NCBI GenBank assembly: GCA_028275505.1
Contig: JAPWUP010000002.1
Location: 9,965-73,964, forward strand
Direction: 5' to 3'
Length of the DNA: 64,000 bases
Source: Bryobacteraceae bacterium
GTDB taxonomy: Bacteria; Acidobacteriota; Terriglobia; Bryobacterales; Bryobacteraceae
The position numbers and the translations under genes are program-made. The notes under the pieces are model-generated. The model saw only the letters and a list, made by a program, of their open reading frames with translations, had not been told where the DNA came from and searched no databases. This document shows, piece after piece, positions 27,184-35,212 of the stretch (within the stretch, counting starts at the first letter, position 1; every line of letters starts with the position of its first letter).

Positions 27184-27320
27184 AACGTCCGGCGCTTCGC
27201 ACCCTGACCACCGGCATCGCAGCCAGGTTCCGGTGCAAGGCCTCCGCAAACGGCACCAGCACCGTGGGAGCCGAGCCAGCTCCAAAACAGCGCTCCAGGC
27301 GCAGGTAACCATGCGGCTTC
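27184..27320 (-). pseudogene. Remnant of the 3' end of a wecA-like gene
   Basis: 137 nt align by eye to 30046-30182 (the end of the intact transferase). Peptide RCFGAGSAPTVLVPFAEALHR.L...PVVRVRSAGR is shared. Confidence 0.6.
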
Positions 27321-27369
27321 GGTTGAACTCCGGCGCCACCACGGTCCTGCGTACCACCCAATTAGACCC

Positions 27370-27636
27370 TCAAGCCTCCAGAAACTCTTCCGAACTGATA
27401 CCTGCCCGCTTTAAGATTGCCCGCAGGGTCCCTCCAGGCATATCCCCCGGGTGATTTGGGACCGTTGTGTAGCGGTTTGTATCGGGGTTAGACCAGATCT
27501 CGTGGCTGCCTGCTGCCTGGTGGTCAAAAGGAAAACCCAAACGCTTCAGCTTGCGCACGATCTCCGGGTACCGAAACCCAGCCAGGCGGGCCCACTCATC
27601 CTCCCACCGGGATCGTGCACTCAGTCCGCTCCGCAA
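27370..27636 (-). CDS. hicA: HicA-family toxin (pair 1 of the island)
   Basis: IVRKLKRLGFPFDHQAAGSHEIWSNPDTNRYTTVPNHPGDMPGGTLRAILKRAGIS. The start is uncertain. Confidence 0.7.
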   Translation of the reverse strand: MRSGLSARSRWEDEWARLAGFRYPEIVRKLKRLGFPFDHQAAGSHEIWSNPDTNRYTTVPNHPGDMPGGTLRAILKRAGISSEEFLEA

Positions 27637-27826
27637 CCGCGGGCACAGTCACCCTTCCCTCTCTCTCCCGCCGAGCCTCGATCAAGCGGCTGGCCACGTC
27701 CCGGGCTATCTCAAGCGCTTCGGCGGCCGTCCGGCCTTGAGCCACCAGGCCCGGCAGATCTTCAGAGGTGGCTAAGTAAACGCCTTCCGGCTGCCTCTGG
27801 ATCTGCATGCGAATCACGAACTCCAT
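27596..27826 (-). CDS. hicB: HicB-family antitoxin (pair 1)
   Basis: ATG 27826. QPEGVYLATSEDLPGLVAQGRTAAEALEIARDVASRLIE. Confidence 0.6.
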   Translation of the reverse strand: MEFVIRMQIQRQPEGVYLATSEDLPGLVAQGRTAAEALEIARDVASRLIEARREREGRVTVPAVAERTECTIPVGG

Positions 27827-27900
27827 AAGCACTCTGATCTCACCAGTGTCCCCGAGGGTTGAGCGCCCAGTCGCCCCAGCTCGACGTCGAGAGAGCGATT

Positions 27901-28170
27901 TCACTGGGTCGCAGCTTGCGCAGCCGGAAGCCTGCCCCTGCGAATCAGCTCACCCCAAATCCATTCGTAGGTGATCCGCAGGCCCTCCTCGAGCGGCGTC
28001 TGCGGCTCCCAGCCCAACACCTGCCTGAGGCGCGTGTTGTCGCTGTTGCGCCGGCGCACACCTCGGAGCCGACGCACCCGCCTCCAGCGCCGGCATACAT
28101 TGCGCCGGAGGAAGGTCAAAAAGAGGGCCAGCACAAAAGAGGTGACCGCCAAAACAGCCCGTAAATACAT
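27901..28170 (-). pseudogene. Chimeric remnant: first ~29 codons of a wecA paralogue fused to the last ~50 codons of the GME-like epimerase
   Basis: MYLRAVLAVTSFVLALFLTFLRRNVCRRW (cf. the intact MYSLAVLAFTSFLLALLLTPLWRNLCRRW), then GVRRRNSDNTRLRQVLGWEPQTPLEEGLRITYEWIWGELI (cf. the intact GME C-terminus). Confidence 0.6.
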
Positions 28171-28221
28171 GGGTACCTACGCGGCGCGAGGCCCGCTCCC
28201 GGAATTCGATATGCTGGAGGC

Positions 28222-28491
28222 ATGCTGTTTTACCACGTGGCCTTTTATCTGCCCCGAGGCAGTGACCATATGGTCGTCGCTGAAGCGCTCGATTTCCCTG
28301 GCGCCCTCAGTCAGGGCTTCGACCTGGCCGACGCCCGCCTGATGATCGCCAGTGCGATCCAAGAACTGGCTGAGGCGCTGTTGGAGGAGGGCAAGCCCCT
28401 GCCGCGGCCAGACCCGATGGTTTCCGCTCCCGATGCTGATTTGATCGAGCTCGTGCCCGTAAGCGTCGAGGGCGGGGTGCCTCGCCGATGA
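28222..28491 (+). CDS. hicB: HicB-family antitoxin (pair 2)
   Basis: VVAEALDFPGALSQGFDLADARLMIASAIQELAEALLEEGKPLPRP. GGAGG 5 nt upstream of the ATG. Confidence 0.6.
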   Translation: MLFYHVAFYLPRGSDHMVVAEALDFPGALSQGFDLADARLMIASAIQELAEALLEEGKPLPRPDPMVSAPDADLIELVPVSVEGGVPRR

Positions 28492-28715
28492 AACGCCACC
28501 AGTTACTCCAACACCTTGAGCGCTGCGGCTGTCGGCTGGAACGTGAGCGCCGATGGCATTCCATCTACGTGCATCCTGAAACTGGTGCGCGCACTACGGT
28601 GCCCCGTCATTCCGAGATTGACAACCGCCTCGCCGCGAAGATTTGCCGCCAACTGGGTGTCGCACCGGCAACCGAAAGATCATTAAGTAGCTGCACCGCA
28701 GGACTGTTCGGCTGA
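28488..28715 (+). CDS. hicA: HicA-family toxin (pair 2)
   Basis: MKRHQLLQHLERCGCRLERERRWHSIYVHPETGARTTVPRHSEIDNRLAAKICRQLGV. 4-nt overlap with hicB. Confidence 0.7.
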   Translation: MKRHQLLQHLERCGCRLERERRWHSIYVHPETGARTTVPRHSEIDNRLAAKICRQLGVAPATERSLSSCTAGLFG

Positions 28716-29012
28716 CAGGGCCGCAGCCTGCGCCGGCTTGAGTTTGCCGCCCTGGATCAGCTCTCCCCGGATCCATTCATACGTGATCCGCAGGCCCTCC
28801 CCGAGCGGCGTCTGCGGCTCCCAGCCCAACACCTGCCGCAGGCGCGTGTTGTCACTGTTACGCCCCCTCACCCCTTGCGGCTTCGTCAAATCATAGCGCT
28901 TGCGAATCCGCTTGTCGGCAATCCGCGCCACGATATCCACCAGGTCGTTGATGGAAACCAGCCGGTCCGTGCCCAGATTTTCCGCAGCCGACCTCTCGGA
29001 CAGTTTTTTCAT
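28683..29012 (-). pseudogene. Remnant of the 3' third of the GME-like epimerase gene
   Basis: NLGTDRLVSINDLVDIVARIADKRIRKRYDLTKPQGVRGRNSDNTRLRQVLGWEPQTPLGEGLRITYEWIRGELI is nearly identical to the C-terminus of 31921-32967. DNA 28726-28979 aligns with 31982-32235. Confidence 0.65.
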
Positions 29013-29085
29013 TATGACCGTGCGGCAGCCTCGAGGGCAAGCAGCCTCTGGCGAGCCTGCCGCACGTAGTGGAAGTTCAATCTTT

Positions 29086-30036
29086 TCACCAGCCTGACAA
29101 CAGCCACTGCGCGAAAGCCCGCAAGCCCGCTTTGAATTCAGTCCGTGGCTCATAGCCGAGCAGACGCTTGGCCTTGCTGACGTCGGCCCATGTCTGAGGC
29201 ACGTCACCCGGCTGCTCCGGCAAGTACTCGCAGCGCGCTTCAACGCCCAAGGCTTCTTCAAGCGCTCGGATCATTTCGCGCAGGCTCACGGTGCGATTGT
29301 TGCCCAGATTGATAACCTCATAGCGACTGCCATCAAACTCCATGGCTGCGCGCAAGCCGGCAACCACATCGTCCACGTAAGTGTAATCGCGCCGGCTGGA
29401 GCCGTTCCCGTATACCGGCACCGCTCCCCCGCGTAGCATCTGACGCGCAAACTTGTGAATCGCCAGATCAGGCCTCTGCCGCGGCCCATACACCGTGAAC
29501 AATCGCAGCGCTAAGAACCGAATGCCGTAAAGGTGACTGTAAACGTGCCCGAGTAGCTCTCCGCTCACCTTCGTGCTGGCATACGGGCTTATGGGCAGCA
29601 ACACATGGTCGTCCTCGCGCCAGGGTACGCGCGGGTTCACCCCATAAACGCTGCTCGATGACGCAAAGACGAATTGTCGCACTCCCCACTCCTTGGCTAG
29701 CTCGAGCAAATTCTGGGTACCGCGGACATTGACCTCCTGATAAGCGAGCGGGTCCTGCAAGGAGGGACGGACACCAGCTTTGGCCGCCAAGTGCACAATG
29801 ACTTCATAATCGCCAGTCAGTCGCTCGCGCAATGCGCTGAGATCCCGCAGATCTGCCTCAACCAACTGGAAATTTGGGTGCCCCTGACACCTGGCCAGGT
29901 TGGCGCGCTTGACAGCCGGGCTGTAAAACGGGTCGAAGTTATCCACCACCGTGACGCGCCAGCCCTCGGCCAACAGCTTCTCCACGAGGTGGCTACCGAT
30001 GAATCCCGCTCCGCCGGTGACTAACGCCCTTCTCAC
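29086..30036 (-). CDS. SDR-family NAD-dependent sugar-nucleotide epimerase (UDP-hexose/uronate 4-epimerase type)
   Basis: LVTGGAGFIGSHL, SSSSVYG, YASTK. GTG 30036 with GAGGG upstream, 8 nt after the wecA stop. The ORF-track N-terminal extension overlaps wecA and is discounted. Confidence 0.8.
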   Translation of the reverse strand: MRRALVTGGAGFIGSHLVEKLLAEGWRVTVVDNFDPFYSPAVKRANLARCQGHPNFQLVEADLRDLSALRERLTGDYEVIVHLAAKAGVRPSLQDPLAYQEVNVRGTQNLLELAKEWGVRQFVFASSSSVYGVNPRVPWREDDHVLLPISPYASTKVSGELLGHVYSHLYGIRFLALRLFTVYGPRQRPDLAIHKFARQMLRGGAVPVYGNGSSRRDYTYVDDVVAGLRAAMEFDGSRYEVINLGNNRTVSLREMIRALEEALGVEARCEYLPEQPGDVPQTWADVSKAKRLLGYEPRTEFKAGLRAFAQWLLSGW

Positions 30037-30043
30037 GAGGCCC

Positions 30044-31456
30044 TCAACGTCCGGCGCTCCGCACCCTGACCACGGGCGCCTCAGCCAGCTTCCGGTGCAA
30101 CGCCTCCGCAAAGGGCACCAGCACCGTGGGCGCCGAGCCAGCTCCAAAACAGCGCTCCAGGCGCAGGTAACCGTCCGGCTTCAGCGGAATCTCGATCCTC
30201 CAGCAAGGCTCCCCATTGGTCGCCGCCAGATCCTCTTCAAAATACCGACCCGCCCAGCTCATCTCGGCGCGCGCGAAACCAAAACGCTCCGAGGCCTCGC
30301 GCACCGCCCGCCAGCGCTCCTCCAATGTCTGCGCCCGTTGCAGGGCTTCCTCGAAAGCCTGCAGAGCAAGCTGGCTGGCCAAGTGCCGGCGAAAAGCCCC
30401 CTCCAGGAACATCCGCCCCGCGGTCCCAAACTCCACATAACCCAAATGCTGGACCCCAATCCAGGCCGCCGCGCAGAACAGCACAATGATCAGCCCCTTG
30501 GCCTCCCCACGGCTCAGACTGCTCATCAGCGACAGCGCCGCCGCCAAACCGCAGGCCCCGTACAGCATCAGCACGGCTCGCCGCGGCGTCAGCCCCCGCG
30601 CCAGCAGCCGATGATGGATGTGCCCGGTGTCGGGCGCAAACAAGGGCTGGCCCCGCAGAAAGCGCCGCGCAATGGCAATCGCTGTGTCCAGCAGCGGCAC
30701 CGCCAGCGCCATCAACGGCGCTGTCATACCCAATACCGTGGCCGACTTCTGCCCCCACAGTACGGCGAAGCAGCCCAGCAGGAACCCTAAGGTCAGGCTG
30801 CCCGAATCCCCCAGAAAGATCGAGGCAGGGTTGAAGTTGTAGCGCAGGAAACCAGACAGCGCCCCAGCCAACGGCACCGTCGCCAGCGCTAGCCCCATAT
30901 TGTCCTGAAGCAGAGCGCCCAACAGGATGGTCACCGTGGCGAACAAGGCTGCGCCCGCGCCCAGTCCATCCACGCCGTCAATCAAGTTGAAGGCGTTCGA
31001 GCAGCCCGCCAGCCACAGCAGCGTCCCTGGCAGGCTCAGCCAAGTGGGCACCGCAAAGCCGGCCACGCTGGTGATCTGCACCCCGGCCCAGAAGACGATG
31101 TAGCCGGCGGTGAACTGCACGGCCAGCTTCTGCCATGGCTTCAACCCGCGTAGATCATCCGCCAGCCCGGCCAGGAAGACCAAAGCGGCGCCGGGCAGAA
31201 TGCGCCAAGCCATCGGCAGGGCGCTCTGCACGAGATTGCCGCCAGCGAGCGGCGTGACCATCAGCAGCGCGAGGGCGCCCAGGTAAGCGGCAAGGATCGG
31301 CACGCCGCCCACCCGCGGCACTGGCACGCAGTGCAAGCGCCGCCCGCCGTCAGGCTGATCCACCCACCCCCACCGCCGGCAAAGATTGCGCCACAGGGGA
31401 GTCAGCAGCAGCGCGAGCAGGAAGGATGTGAATGCCAGGACGGCCAGCGAGTACAT
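30044..31456 (-). CDS. WecA/WbpL-like polyprenyl-phosphate hexosamine-1-phosphate transferase (GT4/MraY superfamily) with a ~110-aa cytoplasmic C-terminal extension
   Basis: About 10 TM helices. NAFNLIDGVDGL, FLGDSGS, HIHHRL motifs. Confidence 0.8.
   Translation of the reverse strand: MYSLAVLAFTSFLLALLLTPLWRNLCRRWGWVDQPDGGRRLHCVPVPRVGGVPILAAYLGALALLMVTPLAGGNLVQSALPMAWRILPGAALVFLAGLADDLRGLKPWQKLAVQFTAGYIVFWAGVQITSVAGFAVPTWLSLPGTLLWLAGCSNAFNLIDGVDGLGAGAALFATVTILLGALLQDNMGLALATVPLAGALSGFLRYNFNPASIFLGDSGSLTLGFLLGCFAVLWGQKSATVLGMTAPLMALAVPLLDTAIAIARRFLRGQPLFAPDTGHIHHRLLARGLTPRRAVLMLYGACGLAAALSLMSSLSRGEAKGLIIVLFCAAAWIGVQHLGYVEFGTAGRMFLEGAFRRHLASQLALQAFEEALQRAQTLEERWRAVREASERFGFARAEMSWAGRYFEEDLAATNGEPCWRIEIPLKPDGYLRLERCFGAGSAPTVLVPFAEALHRKLAEAPVVRVRSAGR
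30046..30182. repeat. wecA 3'-end repeat (intact copy), partner at 27184-27320
   Basis: Read-by-eye alignment with few mismatches over 137 nt. Confidence 0.6.
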
Positions 31457-31486
31457 AGCTCAGAAGGTGTTACACTGGTTTCCGGT

Positions 31487-31759
31487 ATGGCCCTACGCTA
31501 TGTGCTCACTGACTACCTCGAACAGGCTTTGGCGCAGGCCATTTACGACAAGCTCGAAGACGGCAGCTTCGCCGGTCGGATTCCCGCCTGCCCCGGCGTA
31601 GTTGCCTTCGGCGCCAGCCTGTCCGAGTGCGAGCACGAGCTGCGATCGACGCTGGAAGAATGGATTCTCCTGGGCCTGAAGCTGGGTCACCCGCTGCCGG
31701 TAATCGGCGGCATCGATTTGAACCGGGAGCCGCTGCGTGAGCCGGTGGACGCCCTGTAA
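31487..31759 (+). CDS. hicB: HicB-family antitoxin (pair 3)
   Basis: DGSFAGRIPACPGVVAFGASLSECEHELRSTLEEWILLGLKLGHPLP. Confidence 0.55.
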   Translation: MALRYVLTDYLEQALAQAIYDKLEDGSFAGRIPACPGVVAFGASLSECEHELRSTLEEWILLGLKLGHPLPVIGGIDLNREPLREPVDAL

Positions 31760-31967
31760 GCGCCGCGACTTCATTCGAAAGCTGCGCTCGCTGGGGTTCG
31801 ACGGGCCGTTTTTCGGGACGCGGCACTCCTTCATGGTGTGGGGCGCACATCGCTTGGCGATCCCTTCCAATGCCGAGTATTCTGTCGCCCAATTACGCAT
31901 GCTGCTCAGCGAGGTGGAGGCTATCCTGGGACGACCTGTGAGCCCCGAGGAGTGGGAGGGACTCTAA
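31737..31967 (+). CDS. hicA: HicA-family toxin-like protein (pair 3)
   Basis: CKRRDFIRKLRSLGFDGPFFGTRHSFMVWGAHRLAIPS. It overlaps hicB by 23 nt, and its 3' end overlaps the convergent epimerase by 47 nt. Confidence 0.55.
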   Translation: MSRWTPCKRRDFIRKLRSLGFDGPFFGTRHSFMVWGAHRLAIPSNAEYSVAQLRMLLSEVEAILGRPVSPEEWEGL

Positions 31968-32967
31968 CCTCAACCCCGCCCGCCTGCGCCGACTCCAGCC
32001 TCCCTGTCCGAATGAGCTCGCTGCGGATCCATTGGTACGTGATCCGCAGGCCTTCCTCGAGCGGCGTCTGCGGCTCCCAGCCCAACACCTGCCGCAGGCG
32101 CGTGTTGTCGCTGTTGCGCCCTCTCACCCCTTGCGGCTTCGTCAAATCATAGCGCTTGCGAATCCGTTTGCCGGCAATCCGCGCCACGATATCCACCAGC
32201 TCGTTGATCGAAACCAGCCGGTCCGTGCCCAGATTCAGCGGATGGGGATAGTCGGAGCGCATCAGCCGGTACAGGCCCTCCACGCAGTCGTCAATGTAAC
32301 AGTAGGAACGCGTCTGCTGCCCGTCACCCCACACCTCAATCTCATCCCCATCGTTGGCCAGCGCCACCTTGCGGCAAATGGCCGCCGGCGACTTCTCCCT
32401 GCCGCCATCGTAGGTTCCCAAGGGTCCGTAGATGTTGTGGAACCGCACCACCCGTGTCTCCAGACCAAAATCCTCACGGTAGTGGCGGCAGGTGCGCTCC
32501 ATATAGAGCTTTTCCCACCCATAGCCGTCTTCGGCATCTGCGGGATAGGCGTCTTCCTCCTTGAGGGGCGTCACATCCGTCGTGTTCTGCCGGTAGCCCG
32601 GGTATACGCAGGCGCTCGAGGTGAAAAGAAATCGCTTCACACCGTGAATGCGCGCCGCCTCGATCGTGTTGATGTTGATCATCGTGTTGTCGCGCACGAT
32701 CTCGCCTTTGTAGGTCTCGATGAACCCGATGCCGCCCATGTTCGCCGCCAGGTGATACACCTCATCCACACCGCGCATGGCGATCAGGCAGTTGTCAAAC
32801 CGACGCAGGTCCAGCAGCTCGAATTCGTGCGCTACCGTTGGTTCGAACTCCGGGTATTTGATATCCACTCCCCGCACCCGGTAGCCACGGGCGACAAGAT
32901 ATTTCACCAGATGATGGCCTATAAAGCCGCCAGCACCGGTAACCAAGACCAGCTTAGTGTCCGGCAT
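31921..32967 (-). CDS. GDP-mannose 3,5-epimerase-like SDR enzyme
   Basis: Collinear with the plant GME sequence as I remember it: TGAGGFIG.H, LAANMGGIGFI, IEAARIHGVKRF.F.SSACVYP, YGWEKL, RFHNIYGP.GT..GGREK.PAA.CRK, VWGDG.QTRS, GVRGRNSDN, GLRITY.WI. ATG 32967; the upstream ORF extension is discounted. Confidence 0.8.
   Translation of the reverse strand: MPDTKLVLVTGAGGFIGHHLVKYLVARGYRVRGVDIKYPEFEPTVAHEFELLDLRRFDNCLIAMRGVDEVYHLAANMGGIGFIETYKGEIVRDNTMININTIEAARIHGVKRFLFTSSACVYPGYRQNTTDVTPLKEEDAYPADAEDGYGWEKLYMERTCRHYREDFGLETRVVRFHNIYGPLGTYDGGREKSPAAICRKVALANDGDEIEVWGDGQQTRSYCYIDDCVEGLYRLMRSDYPHPLNLGTDRLVSINELVDIVARIAGKRIRKRYDLTKPQGVRGRNSDNTRLRQVLGWEPQTPLEEGLRITYQWIRSELIRTGRLESAQAGGVEVRVPPTPRGSQVVPG
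31982..32235. repeat. GME 3'-end repeat (intact copy); partners 28726-28979 and ~27911-28062
   Basis: Shared core GATCCGCAGGCC.TCC.CGAGCGGCGTCTGCGGCTCCCAGCCCAACACCTGCC..AGGCGCGTGTTGTC.CTGTT.CGCC in all three copies. Confidence 0.7.
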
Positions 32968-34186
32968 AGGCAGGCACCTCCGTAAGTGAGACTTCGGATC
33001 CGCGTACCAGCAGTTCCACCAGCTTCGGCGCGAGCGCGGCCTCGGAAAACCCGGCCGCCAGCCGCACTGCCTCCGCCGACCGACGCAGCGGACTCTCGGC
33101 GCACTTTGCAATGCAGGCTACAACTCCCTCCACGTCGCCGTGCCTAAAGCGATGGGCCCAGACCCCGATGGCCTCGGGCGGGATCAGATCCGTAATGTGA
33201 CCCTCCGCCGGCCCGATGTACAGCACAGGGATGCCCAAACGCAGAATGTTATAGATCTTGCACGGGTGCACGATGCCCACGAACGGCTCGCCCATCACCA
33301 CCACGTGCAGATCCGCGGCCGAAAGCGATGCGCCAAGCTGATCGAGCGGCTGGTAAGGCAGACTGACCACATTCCTGAGACCGCTGCGCCGAACTTTTAC
33401 GAACTCGCTTCCCCCACCCACAAAGCAAAAGACAATGTCCTGCCGCTCTTGCAGGCGCCGCGCCGCCGCCAGCAGCGTGTCGAGTGGATGACAAGGGCTG
33501 TGATTGCCCGAGTACATTACCACGAACTTCCCTTCCAGCCCGTGCTGCTGGCGGAAGCGCCGGCGGCCCGCCTCGTCGTACCGCACTGCATCATCGTGAG
33601 CCCAAGGGGGCAGAATTTGGATTTTCTCCGGCGCTACGCCCTTATCCAGCAGCCGCTGCCTCATGAAGCGATCCAGCGCTATCACCTGCACCGCCGTCTG
33701 AAGCGAGAAATGCAAGCAGGCCTCCAAGAAACGGTGCACGAGACTGCCTGCCCTGAGCCAGCCTGCGGCTACCGCCTGGTCGGGATTCAGGTCCATCAAC
33801 CACAGATGCAGCGCGCCCCCCTTGAGACGGACAAACAGGGCGGCCAGGAAGGAAATGAGCGGCGGTGTGGTCATGGCCACAACCACATCGAAGCGTGGCA
33901 TCCAGACCAATCGCCACGCACAGGCCGCCATAAAGCTGGCGAAGTCCGCGGCGCGCCGCCAACGCGATCCCTTGCCCATCCAGGTCTGCGGCACGCGCAG
34001 GATTCGAACCCCTTCCCACAGCTCCTCGGCGGCAAACCTCACCCGAGGGTTCGCGTAGCTGCGCTGGCTGGCAACGACGGTCACTTCGTCACCGCGCCTG
34101 GCCAGGCGCCGCGCAAGGTCTGTGGCGTGCTGGGCGGTTGAGGCGACGTCGGGGTAAAAGAATTGATTGAGCAGCAGGATTTTCAT
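32954..34186 (-). CDS. Glycosyltransferase, GT-B fold (GT4/GT1 family)
   Basis: MKILLLNQFFYPDVASTAQHATDLARRLARRGDEVTVV. C-terminal sugar-donor half. Confidence 0.75.
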   Translation of the reverse strand: MKILLLNQFFYPDVASTAQHATDLARRLARRGDEVTVVASQRSYANPRVRFAAEELWEGVRILRVPQTWMGKGSRWRRAADFASFMAACAWRLVWMPRFDVVVAMTTPPLISFLAALFVRLKGGALHLWLMDLNPDQAVAAGWLRAGSLVHRFLEACLHFSLQTAVQVIALDRFMRQRLLDKGVAPEKIQILPPWAHDDAVRYDEAGRRRFRQQHGLEGKFVVMYSGNHSPCHPLDTLLAAARRLQERQDIVFCFVGGGSEFVKVRRSGLRNVVSLPYQPLDQLGASLSAADLHVVVMGEPFVGIVHPCKIYNILRLGIPVLYIGPAEGHITDLIPPEAIGVWAHRFRHGDVEGVVACIAKCAESPLRRSAEAVRLAAGFSEAALAPKLVELLVRGSEVSLTEVPAYAGH

Positions 34187-35209
34187 GGCGATCTTCCAGG
34201 CGCCGGATCATCCTCCTTGGCCGTGCCGGAGGCTTGCTCTGCCAAGCGGAGTATCTCTTGCGCAACCGTTCGAGCCATCAGCAAGTTGCCGCGCTCGTTG
34301 GGGTGGACGTCGTCCCGAAACGCGCCGTGGCCGCGGTCGGGTTCGCGTCGGAAGACCTCGAGCATGTCCACGAGTGGCGCCCGCTCGCGATGCGCAAGCT
34401 CAGTCAGATCACCCCGCCAGCGCTCGGATCGGTTCGGGCGGTCGAGCTCCTCGCGGTCCGGGGTGAAGAGGATCAGGGGTTTCGCAGACCGGCTCCGAAC
34501 CACCTCGATCATCTCCCCAATGACCTGCATGCAGGCTCGGTGGTCTTCCTCGGTGGGCGCCGGCGCTGGTCGCGGGCTTTCGAGCCAATTGGCGAGCCTG
34601 GGCCCTGCGTACCGCTCGACCAGCTCCTGCCAGGCCAGCAGGGGTTTGTGGTCGGGCAGGCTCACATCCCGCCCCACCTTGTCGCCGGTGCTCTTCCGCT
34701 GGGCCAGATCGTGCGTGCCGATTTGAAGGACCACCACATCCGAGCTGAAGAGGCCTCGCTTCTTGAGCCAGGCCAGTTCGTTCTCCACGCCCCAACTCCC
34801 AGCCGAAGCATTGAGCGCGCGCCTGCAACCCCGCGCGGCGAAGCTCAGCCTCAAGCAGGTAAGGGTAAGTCTGGCTTTGATCGGTCAATACTCCGCCATT
34901 GGTGACCGAATCGCCGATGCACAAGACGCGCAGCTCACCCGGCGGCTTGACTGCGGGCAGAGGTTCGGAGCGGAAGCCCTCCTCGTTGTAAAAGACCCGG
35001 CGTCCGAAGCGCCGCAAATTCTGGTTCGGCTTGAATGCGTAGCCGTAGTCCGGGTCGGCGTAAGACAGCAGCGGACTCCCCAAACCGAGGAAAACCCTGA
35101 AGCCGACCTCCGTGGCCGCGAACAAGCCGACCAGCGTTACCACTGCCCACCGTAGTGCCCTTCGCCTGTTGGGAAGCATCTCCGAATCCTTCCGGCGCAC
35201 GATTTGCAC
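34183..35209 (-). pseudogene. SGNH/GDSL hydrolase interrupted by a frameshift
   Basis: Block I CIGDSVTNGG is in the frame of 34409-35209. Blocks II-V (NASAGSWG ... DDVHPNERG) are in the frame of 34183-34854. The switch maps to the GCGCGCGC run at 34815-34822. Confidence 0.65.
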
Positions 35210-35212
35210 CGT

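Noticed and set aside
29086-33111. Long N-terminal extensions in the ORF track (29086-30147, 31921-33111; likewise 40128-40967, 41887-43266, 44356-45774, 36608-38029).
   Set aside because: The extensions overlap the upstream genes in another frame and are Arg/Cys/Trp-rich. Conserved N-termini (GxGxxG etc.) with RBS-like sequences or stop/start overlaps define later starts.
34000-34010. GGATTCGAACC (reverse complement GGTTCGAATCC), a tRNA T-loop-like string.
   Set aside because: The flanks cannot form a T-stem or acceptor stem. It lies in frame inside a glycosyltransferase gene (..WEGVRILRV..).
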